26,689 nt of DNA, taken from positions 1 through 26,689 of the IMG/VR virus record IMGVR_UViG_3300037589_000106. One strand, given 5' to 3'. Shown here in pieces: positions 6,222 through 15,080 of this stretch. This DNA comes from a virus (Duplodnaviria > Caudoviricetes). The position numbers and the translations under genes are program-made. Every line of letters begins with the position of its first letter. The stretch's first letter is position 1. Under the pieces are notes generated by a model. The model searched no databases and was not told the DNA's origin. It saw only the letters and a list, made by a program, of their open reading frames with translations.

Positions 6222-7913
6222 ATGAGTGTGCCAGCCCCGCCAGTTTTGTCCAGTCTCGTATACGGATACATCCGCCACAAGCCGCTATCTGCGGACCAGG
6301 ACTTTTCATTGGCAGCGAGCCAGCGGAGCTATTCCGGCTATACCGGGAATATCACCGCGGACAATATCACGCTGACGAATGTTCGCATCCGGCCCGGTCG
6401 CGACGCGGTAGACGCATCGATCAAGAACGCGAACGAGGTTGACTGTTTTCGCATATTTAACCGAAACGGCGTGACGCTACAAAACTGCTCGGGCGCGTGG
6501 GCAACCGATGAAAATTTCTCGATCGGCGAATCGATCGGCTGCGTTGTCAATCGCTGCATTAGCGCCGAAGGGTTGAAAAATGCGGGACACCCCAGCGGAG
6601 ACCCCGCCAACAACCACAGTTGTGGATTGCTGGCGAGCGGGTTTAGCACGGTCGCGGATTACACGCCGTGCGAAGTTTCAGAGTGCTTATTCGCCAGCAA
6701 CAACCTGAGGTCGCCCAACATCAACGCGGTTCAGGGGTACGGGGCGGGGCAAGTATGCTTTGTCGTTAAAAACAACGTATCCTACAACCCCGGAAAGGCC
6801 GCGACCCGTTTCGATGTGGCCGACAGCGACCTGCACGCGTCCCGCGTGGTCAAGGTTGACTATGTCGGCAACCTCATTATCCCGGGACCACAGACAGACC
6901 TGGACGCGATTGCGGCATATTTTATGCAGGCGAATTACGCCAACGTGTATTACGCGGACAATTACATTTGGATCAATGGATCGTGGACAGACTGGTCGGC
7001 GTGGGCGGCGGCGCGCGTCGGCGAGTCGGAATTGGGCTGGAAGGGATCAAGTAATTTCAGCACGACCCACGAAAGCGATCCAGACACGGTATATCAAACC
7101 GTGCTACAAAACGCGGGGGCTTTCCCCCGCGACCAGCACGACCGAAGGATCGTAGACGAGGTAGTCAATGGACGCGGGGCAACTCCAAAATACCCGCCCA
7201 CCAGTCATTACCTCCCTCTACCCGCCAACACGCCGGACATTGCCAGCGGCATCACTCATCGGTGGATGACGGCCGGTAACGCAACCGACACGATCGCTGG
7301 TAGTAGCTTCAATTTCTCAGGCAACGAGTCAACTGTTGCGGGGCTAGTGGGAACGGCCGTCACGATCGCCAACGGCGAGCAAGTCAACGCGGGCGATGTG
7401 TCCGATCTGGACATCGGATCAGGCGACAGCTTTTCTGTTGCTTTTTGGGTTAAGTGTGACGTTTTACCTGATGCAATTTCCGAGATTATTTACAAAAAAA
7501 GCGGGCGGTCAACGAATGCAGGGTGGATGATCTACGCCACGCCGGCGGGTACCGTGGCTGTAAAACTTGCGGACGGATCGGAGTCAAGCCTTGTGTCGCA
7601 TTCCGGCGTGCTTGCTGCTGATACTTGGGCACATGTTGGTTTCACACTCAACCGCGACACCGACACCGCCAGTCTATTTTTTGATGGCGACCTGGTTGGC
7701 GACATCGAAACCGGCGACAGCGTCTCGCTTGTGGGAAGCCTCGCCAACGCTCAGAACTTTACAGTCGGAGACACGGACTCGTCATCTACGTGGACGTTCA
7801 ACGATATTCGCACCTACAACCGCGTTTTGACATGGGACGACATTAGATCCCTCTATAGATTCCGCGAAGGATCTGTTTACTTCCAATCAACACTTACGGC
7901 AAGCACGATCTAA
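6222..7913 (+). CDS. Pectate lyase (PL1)-like beta-helix fused to a C-terminal LamG/concanavalin-A domain
   Basis: NVRIRPG, CSGAWATDENFS, FASNNLRSP, NNVSYN, YVGN..IPGP and VLQNAGAFPRD..D.RIV match bacterial PL1. FSVAFWVK, WAHVGFT, LFFDG and DIRTYNRVLT match LamG. Confidence 0.82.
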   Translation: MSVPAPPVLSSLVYGYIRHKPLSADQDFSLAASQRSYSGYTGNITADNITLTNVRIRPGRDAVDASIKNANEVDCFRIFNRNGVTLQNCSGAWATDENFSIGESIGCVVNRCISAEGLKNAGHPSGDPANNHSCGLLASGFSTVADYTPCEVSECLFASNNLRSPNINAVQGYGAGQVCFVVKNNVSYNPGKAATRFDVADSDLHASRVVKVDYVGNLIIPGPQTDLDAIAAYFMQANYANVYYADNYIWINGSWTDWSAWAAARVGESELGWKGSSNFSTTHESDPDTVYQTVLQNAGAFPRDQHDRRIVDEVVNGRGATPKYPPTSHYLPLPANTPDIASGITHRWMTAGNATDTIAGSSFNFSGNESTVAGLVGTAVTIANGEQVNAGDVSDLDIGSGDSFSVAFWVKCDVLPDAISEIIYKKSGRSTNAGWMIYATPAGTVAVKLADGSESSLVSHSGVLAADTWAHVGFTLNRDTDTASLFFDGDLVGDIETGDSVSLVGSLANAQNFTVGDTDSSSTWTFNDIRTYNRVLTWDDIRSLYRFREGSVYFQSTLTASTI

Positions 7914-9358
7914 TGACGACCGTAACGAGTATTACCGAACTGTACGACGCCGTTGGCTACCTCGACGACAGCGAGAGCGAGCGCGTGTCCGGCGACTCCG
8001 AGGGCGTCACGATCTACTGCGACGGCACCGGAACGTGGGACCGAGGTGCGACCGACAATGTGCTTTGGCCCGCGTCGGCGCGGCAGGAAATCATTGTCCC
8101 CGAGGGCTTGACGATCCAGGGATTGCTCTACGCTCGCGGCGCGGGGTCGGGTGGCCACGCCGGGGCGTTCAGGCTCACCGGCGGCGGCACATGGGATTGT
8201 AAGGGCTACGGCGACATCAGCACCGACGCCAGGCCATCCGGGGCGGGCGGGTCTTCGATCATGATCGACGGCAGGCCCGCCGTGATCGACATCGCGGCCA
8301 TCACCAACTCGACCGGCAGCAGCACGGTCAACCTCGTCACGTTTGTCCAACGCCCCGGCGAAGACCCGTGCGTGCAGATGATCGGGCGATCGACCGTCAC
8401 CGCGGCGGGTGCGGACAACATTAGCTTTAAGGGCATCAGCGGAAGCGGGCCGGACGACGCGCTGGTCATCGTGTACGACGTGGACAGCAGCACGCCCGGC
8501 ACCGGGGCGAGCGACCAGGCGCTGACCAACCACGACGACGCGGACATGCTCGTTTTCGGCGGGTCGTTCGCCGGCGACACAACACAAAAACAGGCGATCG
8601 TCAACGCGACGAATGGCGGTCGCCTGGAAGTGGTCAACGCCGACATCACCGGAAAGCTGCAAGAGGTGACGTACTTCGCGGGGATCGACCTCGACCTTGA
8701 CGGGTTGAACTATGGCCTGGTCATCCGTGACATGGCGGGGGTCGTCGGCAAACAGAGCCGCATCCGCAATCCCAACACCGGCGGAACGTCGAACAACGGC
8801 CACTTCGCTTGGACCGGGACGAGCGCCAGCCACACGGCGACCTTTACCGAGATCGTGTGGGAGGGCGGCGACCCAACGAAAACCACGGTCATCGGCGACA
8901 ACAGCCAGACCAATCGGGCGGGCACGCTCACGCTCGTGCGAAACTACTTCGACGATCAGAGCTATCGAGCGTTGGACCTTCGCGGCTCGGGCAACGATGT
9001 ACAAGTCGTTCTCACCGACACGGTGTGCGACACCGCCAACCTGTCTTACCTGCCGCAAGAAGAGGCCGACATCACCGGCTCGGGCTGCGTGAGTTCAGCG
9101 TCCAGTTTTCCGTCTGGCGTCAACGGCAACGTCGGCGTCGAGCGGGCGGTGACGCAGGGAGACATTGACGGCACAGGGGCGGGGCAAACGCTACAGCCAG
9201 AGCCTGACTATGTCACCTTGGCCGGCCTCATCATGGACAGCAGGGGCGACGTTCTGTTGGCATCAAACACGGCTGAAGAGATGGCCGCAAGCCTTTCGTC
9301 GAGCCTTAGGTCGGTCATGCTGATGGTAATGCACAACCGAAGAAAGATAAATTGCTAA
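7913..9358 (+). CDS. Large G/T/D/S-rich protein, probable beta-solenoid, function unknown
   Basis: 481-aa ORF with TAATG coupling at both ends and beta-rich composition; no family recognised. Confidence 0.75.
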   Translation: MTTVTSITELYDAVGYLDDSESERVSGDSEGVTIYCDGTGTWDRGATDNVLWPASARQEIIVPEGLTIQGLLYARGAGSGGHAGAFRLTGGGTWDCKGYGDISTDARPSGAGGSSIMIDGRPAVIDIAAITNSTGSSTVNLVTFVQRPGEDPCVQMIGRSTVTAAGADNISFKGISGSGPDDALVIVYDVDSSTPGTGASDQALTNHDDADMLVFGGSFAGDTTQKQAIVNATNGGRLEVVNADITGKLQEVTYFAGIDLDLDGLNYGLVIRDMAGVVGKQSRIRNPNTGGTSNNGHFAWTGTSASHTATFTEIVWEGGDPTKTTVIGDNSQTNRAGTLTLVRNYFDDQSYRALDLRGSGNDVQVVLTDTVCDTANLSYLPQEEADITGSGCVSSASSFPSGVNGNVGVERAVTQGDIDGTGAGQTLQPEPDYVTLAGLIMDSRGDVLLASNTAEEMAASLSSSLRSVMLMVMHNRRKINC

Positions 9359-9666
9359 TGCCGACACGCCCCCCAACACACCAAACCAAGCAAGCACGCA
9401 GGCCAGAGGCCAGGCCATCGCCGTACGCTCGTGGCTATGGCGGCAAGGCGTGGAGCCAACTCCGAATGCACGTCTACGCCCGCGACAACGGGACGTGTCA
9501 GCATTGCAAACGCGTGGTCGGCAAGCCCGGCGAGGCACACATCGACCACGTCAAGCCCAAGCACTTGGGCGGCACGGACGAAATCGACAACTTGCAGGTG
9601 TTGTGTGCGTCATGCCACGGGCGCAAGACGCGGGCAGAGGAAGGGGGTAGGGGGTGCGAGAAATGA
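9358..9666 (+). CDS. Packaging-associated HNH endonuclease (HK97 gp74-like)
   Basis: RGYG..W...RDNGTCQHC...HIDHVKP...GG...NLQVLCASCHGRKT, immediately upstream of terS. Confidence 0.92.
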   Translation: MPTRPPTHQTKQARRPEARPSPYARGYGGKAWSQLRMHVYARDNGTCQHCKRVVGKPGEAHIDHVKPKHLGGTDEIDNLQVLCASCHGRKTRAEEGGRGCEK

Positions 9667-9735
9667 GAGCATTGCAAACCACGTACCGTCTCGCTACCTG
9701 TACACATTTTTTGGCAACTTTTTAAGCAGGGGGTT
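9643..9735. other. Candidate cos/packaging site region
   Basis: HNH-terS junction: GGGGGTAGGGGG, then GTAC-N13-GTAC (9683-9703), then T-tracts; the usual cos position in HK97-like phages. Confidence 0.4.
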
Positions 9736-9743
9736 GGGCAATT

Positions 9744-10217
9744 ATGGGCAAGAGAGGCAAACCCCGCAAGCCGACCAAGCGTCACAAGATCATGGGCAGC
9801 TATCGTGCGGACCGGCACGGCACGGATGAGCCCGAGCCGCCGGCCGGCGAGTCACCCTGCCCTGATTGGGTCATCGGCGACGCGCGTCAGCACTGGAACT
9901 TGATCGTTCCGATGCTTGAAGGCATGGGCATCATGTCGCCGGCGTACAGCGCGGGTCTTGGCCTGCTGGTCAATTCGCTCGGGCGATATGTCGAGTACGA
10001 AAAACGCGTCAGTAAAAGCGGGCCAGTTTCGGTGACGGATAAGGGCAATGAGATTGTTTCGCCGTGGTGGGCGGCCCGCAATAAGGCATGGGACCAGGTG
10101 ATGAAAGCTCTGGGTCAGTACGGGCTAACACCGTCCGCAGTGTCGAGTGTGAAAGCGATCAAGAGCGATGACGACAGCGAGCAAGATTCCATGGAGTCCG
10201 TCCTCAAGTTGGCATGA
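9744..10217 (+). CDS. terS: Terminase small subunit, P27 family
   Basis: MGKRGKPRKPT...PDW....ARQHW...SPW...YGLTPSA pattern; position before TerL. Confidence 0.9.
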   Translation: MGKRGKPRKPTKRHKIMGSYRADRHGTDEPEPPAGESPCPDWVIGDARQHWNLIVPMLEGMGIMSPAYSAGLGLLVNSLGRYVEYEKRVSKSGPVSVTDKGNEIVSPWWAARNKAWDQVMKALGQYGLTPSAVSSVKAIKSDDDSEQDSMESVLKLA

Positions 10218-11781
10218 CTTGATGTCGGAACACTTGCCGGGCTACGACCCTTGGTCAGAGGGCGAGGGGTATTACTTTGACGAAAACGCGGCCAACATCG
10301 CGTGCTGGTTTTTTGAAAAGCTAAAACTGATCGAAGGCGAAAAGGCGGGGCAACCGTTCAGACTGGAGCCGTGGCAGCAGGCGATTGTTGGGGCGATGTA
10401 TGGATGGCGGTCGGCCACTACCGGGCTACGCCGGTATCGCGAGGCGTTCGTTTACATCCCCCGCAAGAACGGCAAGTCGATGCTGGCGGCCGGCCTCGTA
10501 TTGGTTGCGATGTTTGTCGATAAGGAGCCTGGTGCGCAGATCTATTCCGCTGCGGCCGAGCGTGAGCAGGCGGCGCTTGTATTTCGACAGGCTGCGGGGA
10601 TGATCGCCCGTGAGCCCGCCCTGGCCGGCAAATGCGAGGTTCGCAAGTCGATGAAGGCGATTGAGCGGCCCGAGACCAACAGCATCTACAAAGCGTTGTC
10701 TGCGGATGCGGACACGAAGCATGGCCTGGGTGCCCACATGGTCATCGTTGACGAGTTGCACGCTCACCCGAACGCCGATCTTGTGGACGTGTTGCAAACG
10801 TCGATGGGTTCTCGTCGTGAGCCGCTTTTGATTCACATCACGACCGCGGACTATGACCGCCCCAGCGTGTGCAACACGAAGCATGAGTACGCGTGCAACG
10901 TTCGCGATGGCGTGTTCAAGGATGCGAGTTTTCTTCCGGTCGTTTACGAGGCGACGAACGAGGATGACTGGACAAGCCCGGAAGTGTGGGCCAAGGTCAA
11001 CCCCAACCTTGGCGTGAGTGTTCGCCGCGAGTACTTGGAGCGAGAGTGCCAGCGGGCGCAGAACGAACCGAGCTACGAGAACACATTTAAGCGTCTGCAC
11101 TTGAACATCAAGACGCAGCAAGACGTTCGGTGGATTCCGATGGATACATGGGATCGGTGTTCGGGCGTGCCGACACCGAGCGGCCCATGCTTCGCGGGGC
11201 TCGACCTGGCAAGCACGACGGACATCGCGGCACTGGTGTTGTTTTGGCCCGATACAGGGTCAATCGTTCCGTGGTTCTGGATACCCTCCGACAACGCCGA
11301 GAAGCGCGAGAAGCGCGACCGGGTTCCCTATCTAACTTGGGGCAGACAAGGGCTTGTTACGCTTACACCGGGCAACGTCATCGACTACAATTTCATTCGT
11401 CAGCAAATCAACGAATTAGCCGATACGTATGAAATACAAAAAATCGGGTATGACCCTTGGAATGCTCGCCATTTAGCGCAGCAACTGCAAGACGACGATG
11501 GGTTGCCGCTGGCCGAGTTTCGGCAGGGTTACATCTCGATGAACGAGCCCAGCAAGCACTTTGAGCGTCTTTTGACATCGAACGATTTAAGGCACGGTGG
11601 CAATGAGGTCTTGCGATGGATGGCCGGCAACGTGACCGTGAGAACCGACCCCAGCGGCAATATCAAGCCGGACAAGCAGCGATCGACAGAAAAGATTGAC
11701 GGCATTGTCGCGGCCATCATGGCAATCGGCCTAGGCATGACCGCAGAAATCGAAGAAACCTTCAACCCCGGCGTCGCATGA
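10168..11781 (+). CDS. terL: Terminase large subunit
   Basis: LEPWQ, Walker A IPRKNGKS, Walker B IVDELH, ITTA, nuclease GLDLA...D, YDPW and KIDGIVA. Start may be 10222. Confidence 0.97.
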   Translation: MTTASKIPWSPSSSWHDLMSEHLPGYDPWSEGEGYYFDENAANIACWFFEKLKLIEGEKAGQPFRLEPWQQAIVGAMYGWRSATTGLRRYREAFVYIPRKNGKSMLAAGLVLVAMFVDKEPGAQIYSAAAEREQAALVFRQAAGMIAREPALAGKCEVRKSMKAIERPETNSIYKALSADADTKHGLGAHMVIVDELHAHPNADLVDVLQTSMGSRREPLLIHITTADYDRPSVCNTKHEYACNVRDGVFKDASFLPVVYEATNEDDWTSPEVWAKVNPNLGVSVRREYLERECQRAQNEPSYENTFKRLHLNIKTQQDVRWIPMDTWDRCSGVPTPSGPCFAGLDLASTTDIAALVLFWPDTGSIVPWFWIPSDNAEKREKRDRVPYLTWGRQGLVTLTPGNVIDYNFIRQQINELADTYEIQKIGYDPWNARHLAQQLQDDDGLPLAEFRQGYISMNEPSKHFERLLTSNDLRHGGNEVLRWMAGNVTVRTDPSGNIKPDKQRSTEKIDGIVAAIMAIGLGMTAEIEETFNPGVA

Positions 11782-11930
11782 AATACTGGAAAGACATTTT
11801 GGGTCTGTGCGGTGCGGCATGTGTGGTGGCCGGGTTTGCCATGATCTATCAGCCTCTCGCGTTTATCGTTGGCGGTGCCGCCGCGATCGGTATCGCGATC
11901 TTGGGAGCACGCCATGCCCGGACTGATTGA
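11778..11930 (+). CDS. Small two-TM membrane protein between terL and portal
   Basis: Not in the ORF track. MKYWKDILGLCGAACVVAGFAMIYQPLAFIVGGAAAIGIAILGARHARTD, with ATGA overlap; a common position in HK97-like phages. Confidence 0.8.
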   Translation: MKYWKDILGLCGAACVVAGFAMIYQPLAFIVGGAAAIGIAILGARHARTD

Positions 11931-13557
11931 CGCGATCTTCTCGCCGAAGGCTTCGGCCATTTCCGATTCGGAGATGCGCGGCGCCGAGGCGTGGCTGTAC
12001 GACACCGGTGACTCGGGCTTCGTTACGAGTTCGGGAACGCGTGTCAGCGAGTCGAACGCGATCACGCTCAGCGCCGTGTTTGCTTCGGCCCGCGCGATTG
12101 CGGAAGACGTTGGATGCTTGCCGCTGAAGGCGTACCGCCGTCTTGAGGGCGGCGGCAAGGAATCGGCCGCCGACGAGCCGCGATGGTTTTCACCGGCGCT
12201 TGGCCGGCAGGTGAACACGTACGACCTGGTCCACAACGAGCCGAATCCCGACATGACCGACCTGTCGTTTCGGTCGCTGCTGATTTGGTGGGCGCTTTTG
12301 TGGGGGAACGCCTACGCCGAGGTCGAGGCTCCGGAGGGCCGGCCGGTGGCGCTCCACCCGATCCACCCGCATCGGGTCGAGCCACGGCGTGACGATGGTG
12401 GGAACCTGTACTACCGCATCCGGAACGACAACAAGGAACCGACGAACGTCGCGGCCGAGAACATGCTGCACATCCAGGGCATGACCGATGACGGCGTGGT
12501 CGGCTACATGATGACGCGGTACGCGAAGGACTCGTTCGGGATCTACATGGCGGCCGAGCGGTTCACGGGCTCGTTCTTTGGGAACGGCGCGACGCTGGCC
12601 GGCGTGATTACCTTCGACAAGTCGTTCGAGACAAACGAGGCCCGCCAGAAATACCGCGAGTCTTTCGATCGCGTGTACGGCGGCGCGAGAGCGGCGAACA
12701 AGTGGATGATCGCAGACGGCGGCGCGAAGGTTGAGAAGATCACGAGCGAGCCTGAGAAGGCCCAGCTCGTCGATACGATCAAGTTCCGCATCGAAGACGT
12801 GGCCCGATGGTTCGGCGTGCCGCCGGTCATCATCGGCCACAACACGGCGACGCCGTACGCGAACGTCGAGCCGCTTTACAAGATGTACTTCAACCGCGGA
12901 CTCAAGCCGTGGGTTAGGCGGATTGAGAAGGAGTTCACGCGCAAGCTGCTACCCGGCGACCGCGTGATGTTCATCGAGCATGTGGTCAACGCCTTGATGT
13001 GGGCGGACGCGAAGACCCGCGGGGAGTTCTACAACCTCGGCATCCGTGGCGGATGGCTGCTGCCGAACGAGGCCCGCGACTTCGAGAACATGAACCCGTA
13101 CGAGGGCGGCGACCGCTACCGCGTCGAGCAGAACTTGGCCGTGATTGATGAAAGCGGCCAGCCGGTGCAGGTAAACCAACCGGCTTCGGAGACGGGCGGG
13201 CCGGGCGAGGCCGAGGCGTACAAGCTGGCGGTGATGCCGATGTTTGTGGACGCGGCCGAGCGGCTCATCACCCGCGAGGTCCGCGCGTTCACCGCGAAGA
13301 AAGACCCCGACGCGAAGTGGATCGATCGGTTCTACGAAGGGCATCGCGGCGAGGTGGCGGCGGCGATGTCGCCGGCGATTGACTCTCTTTCCAGGCTGGC
13401 CGGCACCGAGTCATCCGGCCTGGCTGAGCGGTACGCGGACATGCACGTAGGCGAGTCTCGGCGACGGCTGGCCGAGGGCGACGACCCGGCCGGATGGCAT
13501 GAGGACCGCCCCGCTTGGATTGCTCGTTTCCTTACCGATGAGGTGTGCAATGGATAG
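11914..13557 (+). CDS. Portal protein, HK97 family, with C-terminal extension
   Basis: SAVFA...IA.DVG.LPL, EPNPDMT, LLWGNAYA, LHPIHP, FFGNGA, VARWFGVPP, PNEARDFENMNPYEGGD. Confidence 0.96.
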   Translation: MPGLIDAIFSPKASAISDSEMRGAEAWLYDTGDSGFVTSSGTRVSESNAITLSAVFASARAIAEDVGCLPLKAYRRLEGGGKESAADEPRWFSPALGRQVNTYDLVHNEPNPDMTDLSFRSLLIWWALLWGNAYAEVEAPEGRPVALHPIHPHRVEPRRDDGGNLYYRIRNDNKEPTNVAAENMLHIQGMTDDGVVGYMMTRYAKDSFGIYMAAERFTGSFFGNGATLAGVITFDKSFETNEARQKYRESFDRVYGGARAANKWMIADGGAKVEKITSEPEKAQLVDTIKFRIEDVARWFGVPPVIIGHNTATPYANVEPLYKMYFNRGLKPWVRRIEKEFTRKLLPGDRVMFIEHVVNALMWADAKTRGEFYNLGIRGGWLLPNEARDFENMNPYEGGDRYRVEQNLAVIDESGQPVQVNQPASETGGPGEAEAYKLAVMPMFVDAAERLITREVRAFTAKKDPDAKWIDRFYEGHRGEVAAAMSPAIDSLSRLAGTESSGLAERYADMHVGESRRRLAEGDDPAGWHEDRPAWIARFLTDEVCNG

Positions 13558-13762
13558 CAATACATGCAAAACGTGCAAGTGGTGGGGCGAGATTCAGAAA
13601 CGATACGGAGACGGCTCAGAATATGCGGCCTGTGAGTGTCCAAAGCTAGACCATAGGTACGGTGGCAATGATCCAGATGGGGCGGTTGACGCGGAGGAAT
13701 ACGGCGGCATCTTTACCGGCCCCGACTTTGGGTGCATTCACCACGAGCCAAAAGATGACTAG
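13550..13762 (+). CDS. Small Cys-containing hypothetical protein
   Basis: CKTCKWW...CEC...TGPDFGCIHHE; GAGG RBS; overlaps both neighbours. Confidence 0.75.
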   Translation: MDSNTCKTCKWWGEIQKRYGDGSEYAACECPKLDHRYGGNDPDGAVDAEEYGGIFTGPDFGCIHHEPKDD

Positions 13763-13982
13763 CTACATCTACATCAACCGCGACAACGTAATCGCAAACG
13801 AAACCGACGGCGGCAACCGCCCCGTCATCACCGTTTTACAAGACGGCGAGTCCCGGGACGTGCAGGAGGTTCTCTTGCTCGGCCCGTCGCGCGTCGTCTA
13901 CAGCCATGACCGAACACTCCGTAAGGGTTACGACACCCGCGCGTGGGTTGAAACCGACCACCAGATCGAGGTGACACCATGA
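13755..13982 (+). CDS. Small phage hypothetical protein
   Basis: YIYINRDNVIAN...PVITV...GPSRVVYS...RAWVET; coupled to its neighbours. Confidence 0.75.
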   Translation: MTSYIYINRDNVIANETDGGNRPVITVLQDGESRDVQEVLLLGPSRVVYSHDRTLRKGYDTRAWVETDHQIEVTP

Positions 13983-14857
13983 ACGAAGAAGCATGTGCAT
14001 CGCAACATATTGGGATTTGGGCCGCAAAAGAATCGTGGCTTGAATGGGCGGTTTCGTCATACAACGCCGGCACGCTGCCGAAGGTCAAGACCGACGAGTA
14101 CGACCAGCGGCTGTACAGCGTCGGGTCAGACGGCATCGCCACCGTTGCTATCACGGGCCAGATGACGAAGGGCCGATCGAGCTTCGGCGGCACATCGAAC
14201 ATCCAAACTCGCAAGGCCCTGCGCGTGGCTGAGAACGACAGCGACGTGCGCGGCATCATGCTGCTGATCGACTCGCCTGGCGGCACGGTCGCGGGTCAGC
14301 AGCCGATGGCCGACGAGATCGCCCGCATCGCCAAGTCCGGCCGCAAGCCGCTGTGGGCTCACGCCGACGACGGGATGCACTCAGCGGCCCTGTGGGCCGG
14401 TGTCCAAGCGGCAAGGCTCACGGCGTCGCCGATGACCGAGATCGGCAGCATCGGCACCGTTGCGAGGGTCGAGGATACATCCGGTGCATATGAGCAGCGC
14501 GGTATCAAGGTTCACATGCGGAGTACCGGTCCAATGAAGGGGGCATTTGCCCCCGGTACCGCAATCACGGAAGAGCAGCTTGATAAGCTAGACGTTCGTT
14601 TAGAAGAAATGAACGGATTTTTCCTCAAGGCCGTGGCCAGCGGCCGCAAGATGCCGATCGCGGATGTCCGCGAGTTGGCGACCGGCGACGACTGGATGGC
14701 GGCCGAGGCTAAGGATAAGGGGTTAATCGACGAGGTGATGAGCCGCGATGATGCCTACCGTGCGATGCGTCGGATGCTGGACGATCGGGATCGTGGACGA
14801 CAGGCCGCGTCCCGCCGGTCTGGGCGGATGGCAAAGATTGCCGATCTTGGCGGTTGA
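13979..14857 (+). CDS. Prohead maturation protease, S49 (SppA / lambda gpC-like)
   Basis: LLIDSPGG, SAALW, IGSIG, TGPMKG, GLIDEV; between portal and capsid. Confidence 0.93.
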   Translation: MNEEACASQHIGIWAAKESWLEWAVSSYNAGTLPKVKTDEYDQRLYSVGSDGIATVAITGQMTKGRSSFGGTSNIQTRKALRVAENDSDVRGIMLLIDSPGGTVAGQQPMADEIARIAKSGRKPLWAHADDGMHSAALWAGVQAARLTASPMTEIGSIGTVARVEDTSGAYEQRGIKVHMRSTGPMKGAFAPGTAITEEQLDKLDVRLEEMNGFFLKAVASGRKMPIADVRELATGDDWMAAEAKDKGLIDEVMSRDDAYRAMRRMLDDRDRGRQAASRRSGRMAKIADLGG

Positions 14858-14881
14858 CACCGATTCAGGCGAAGGTATATT
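14854..14881 (+). promoter_or_regulatory. Sigma70-like promoter upstream of the major capsid gene
   Basis: TTGACA (14854-14859), N16, TATATT (14876-14881). Confidence 0.6.
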
Positions 14882-14977
14882 CGTAAGCACAACTGAAGAA
14901 GTCGCCACCCCGACGGCGAGCGTTGCAAGACAACGACACCTGAGGGCGTGAGGCAAGACGCGAGTCGCAAGACGATC

Positions 14978-15025
14978 AGCGGACTGCAACAGCAAGAGAT
15001 TGCTGTCAGCGGTCCGCTTATTTTT
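14978..15025 (+). terminator. Terminator-like hairpin in the capsid leader
   Basis: AGCGGACTGC/GCGGTCCGCT outer stem, ACAGCAA-GAGA-TTGCTGT inner stem-loop, then TATTTTT. Confidence 0.6.
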
Positions 15026-15080
15026 CGTGGCTTCTTAGGGCGTTCCGTGACAGCCGGAACAACCCCTAAGGAACACCACG

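Noticed and set aside
4725-6278. 517-aa minus-strand ORF and similar long antisense ORFs (7910-9058, 10426-11121, 22978-23739)
   Set aside because: Shadow frames of GC-rich plus-strand genes; R/A/V/H-rich with no motifs.
10168-11781. Intein or intron in TerL (also considered for DnaB)
   Set aside because: Lengths and motif spacing are normal, with no splicing motifs.
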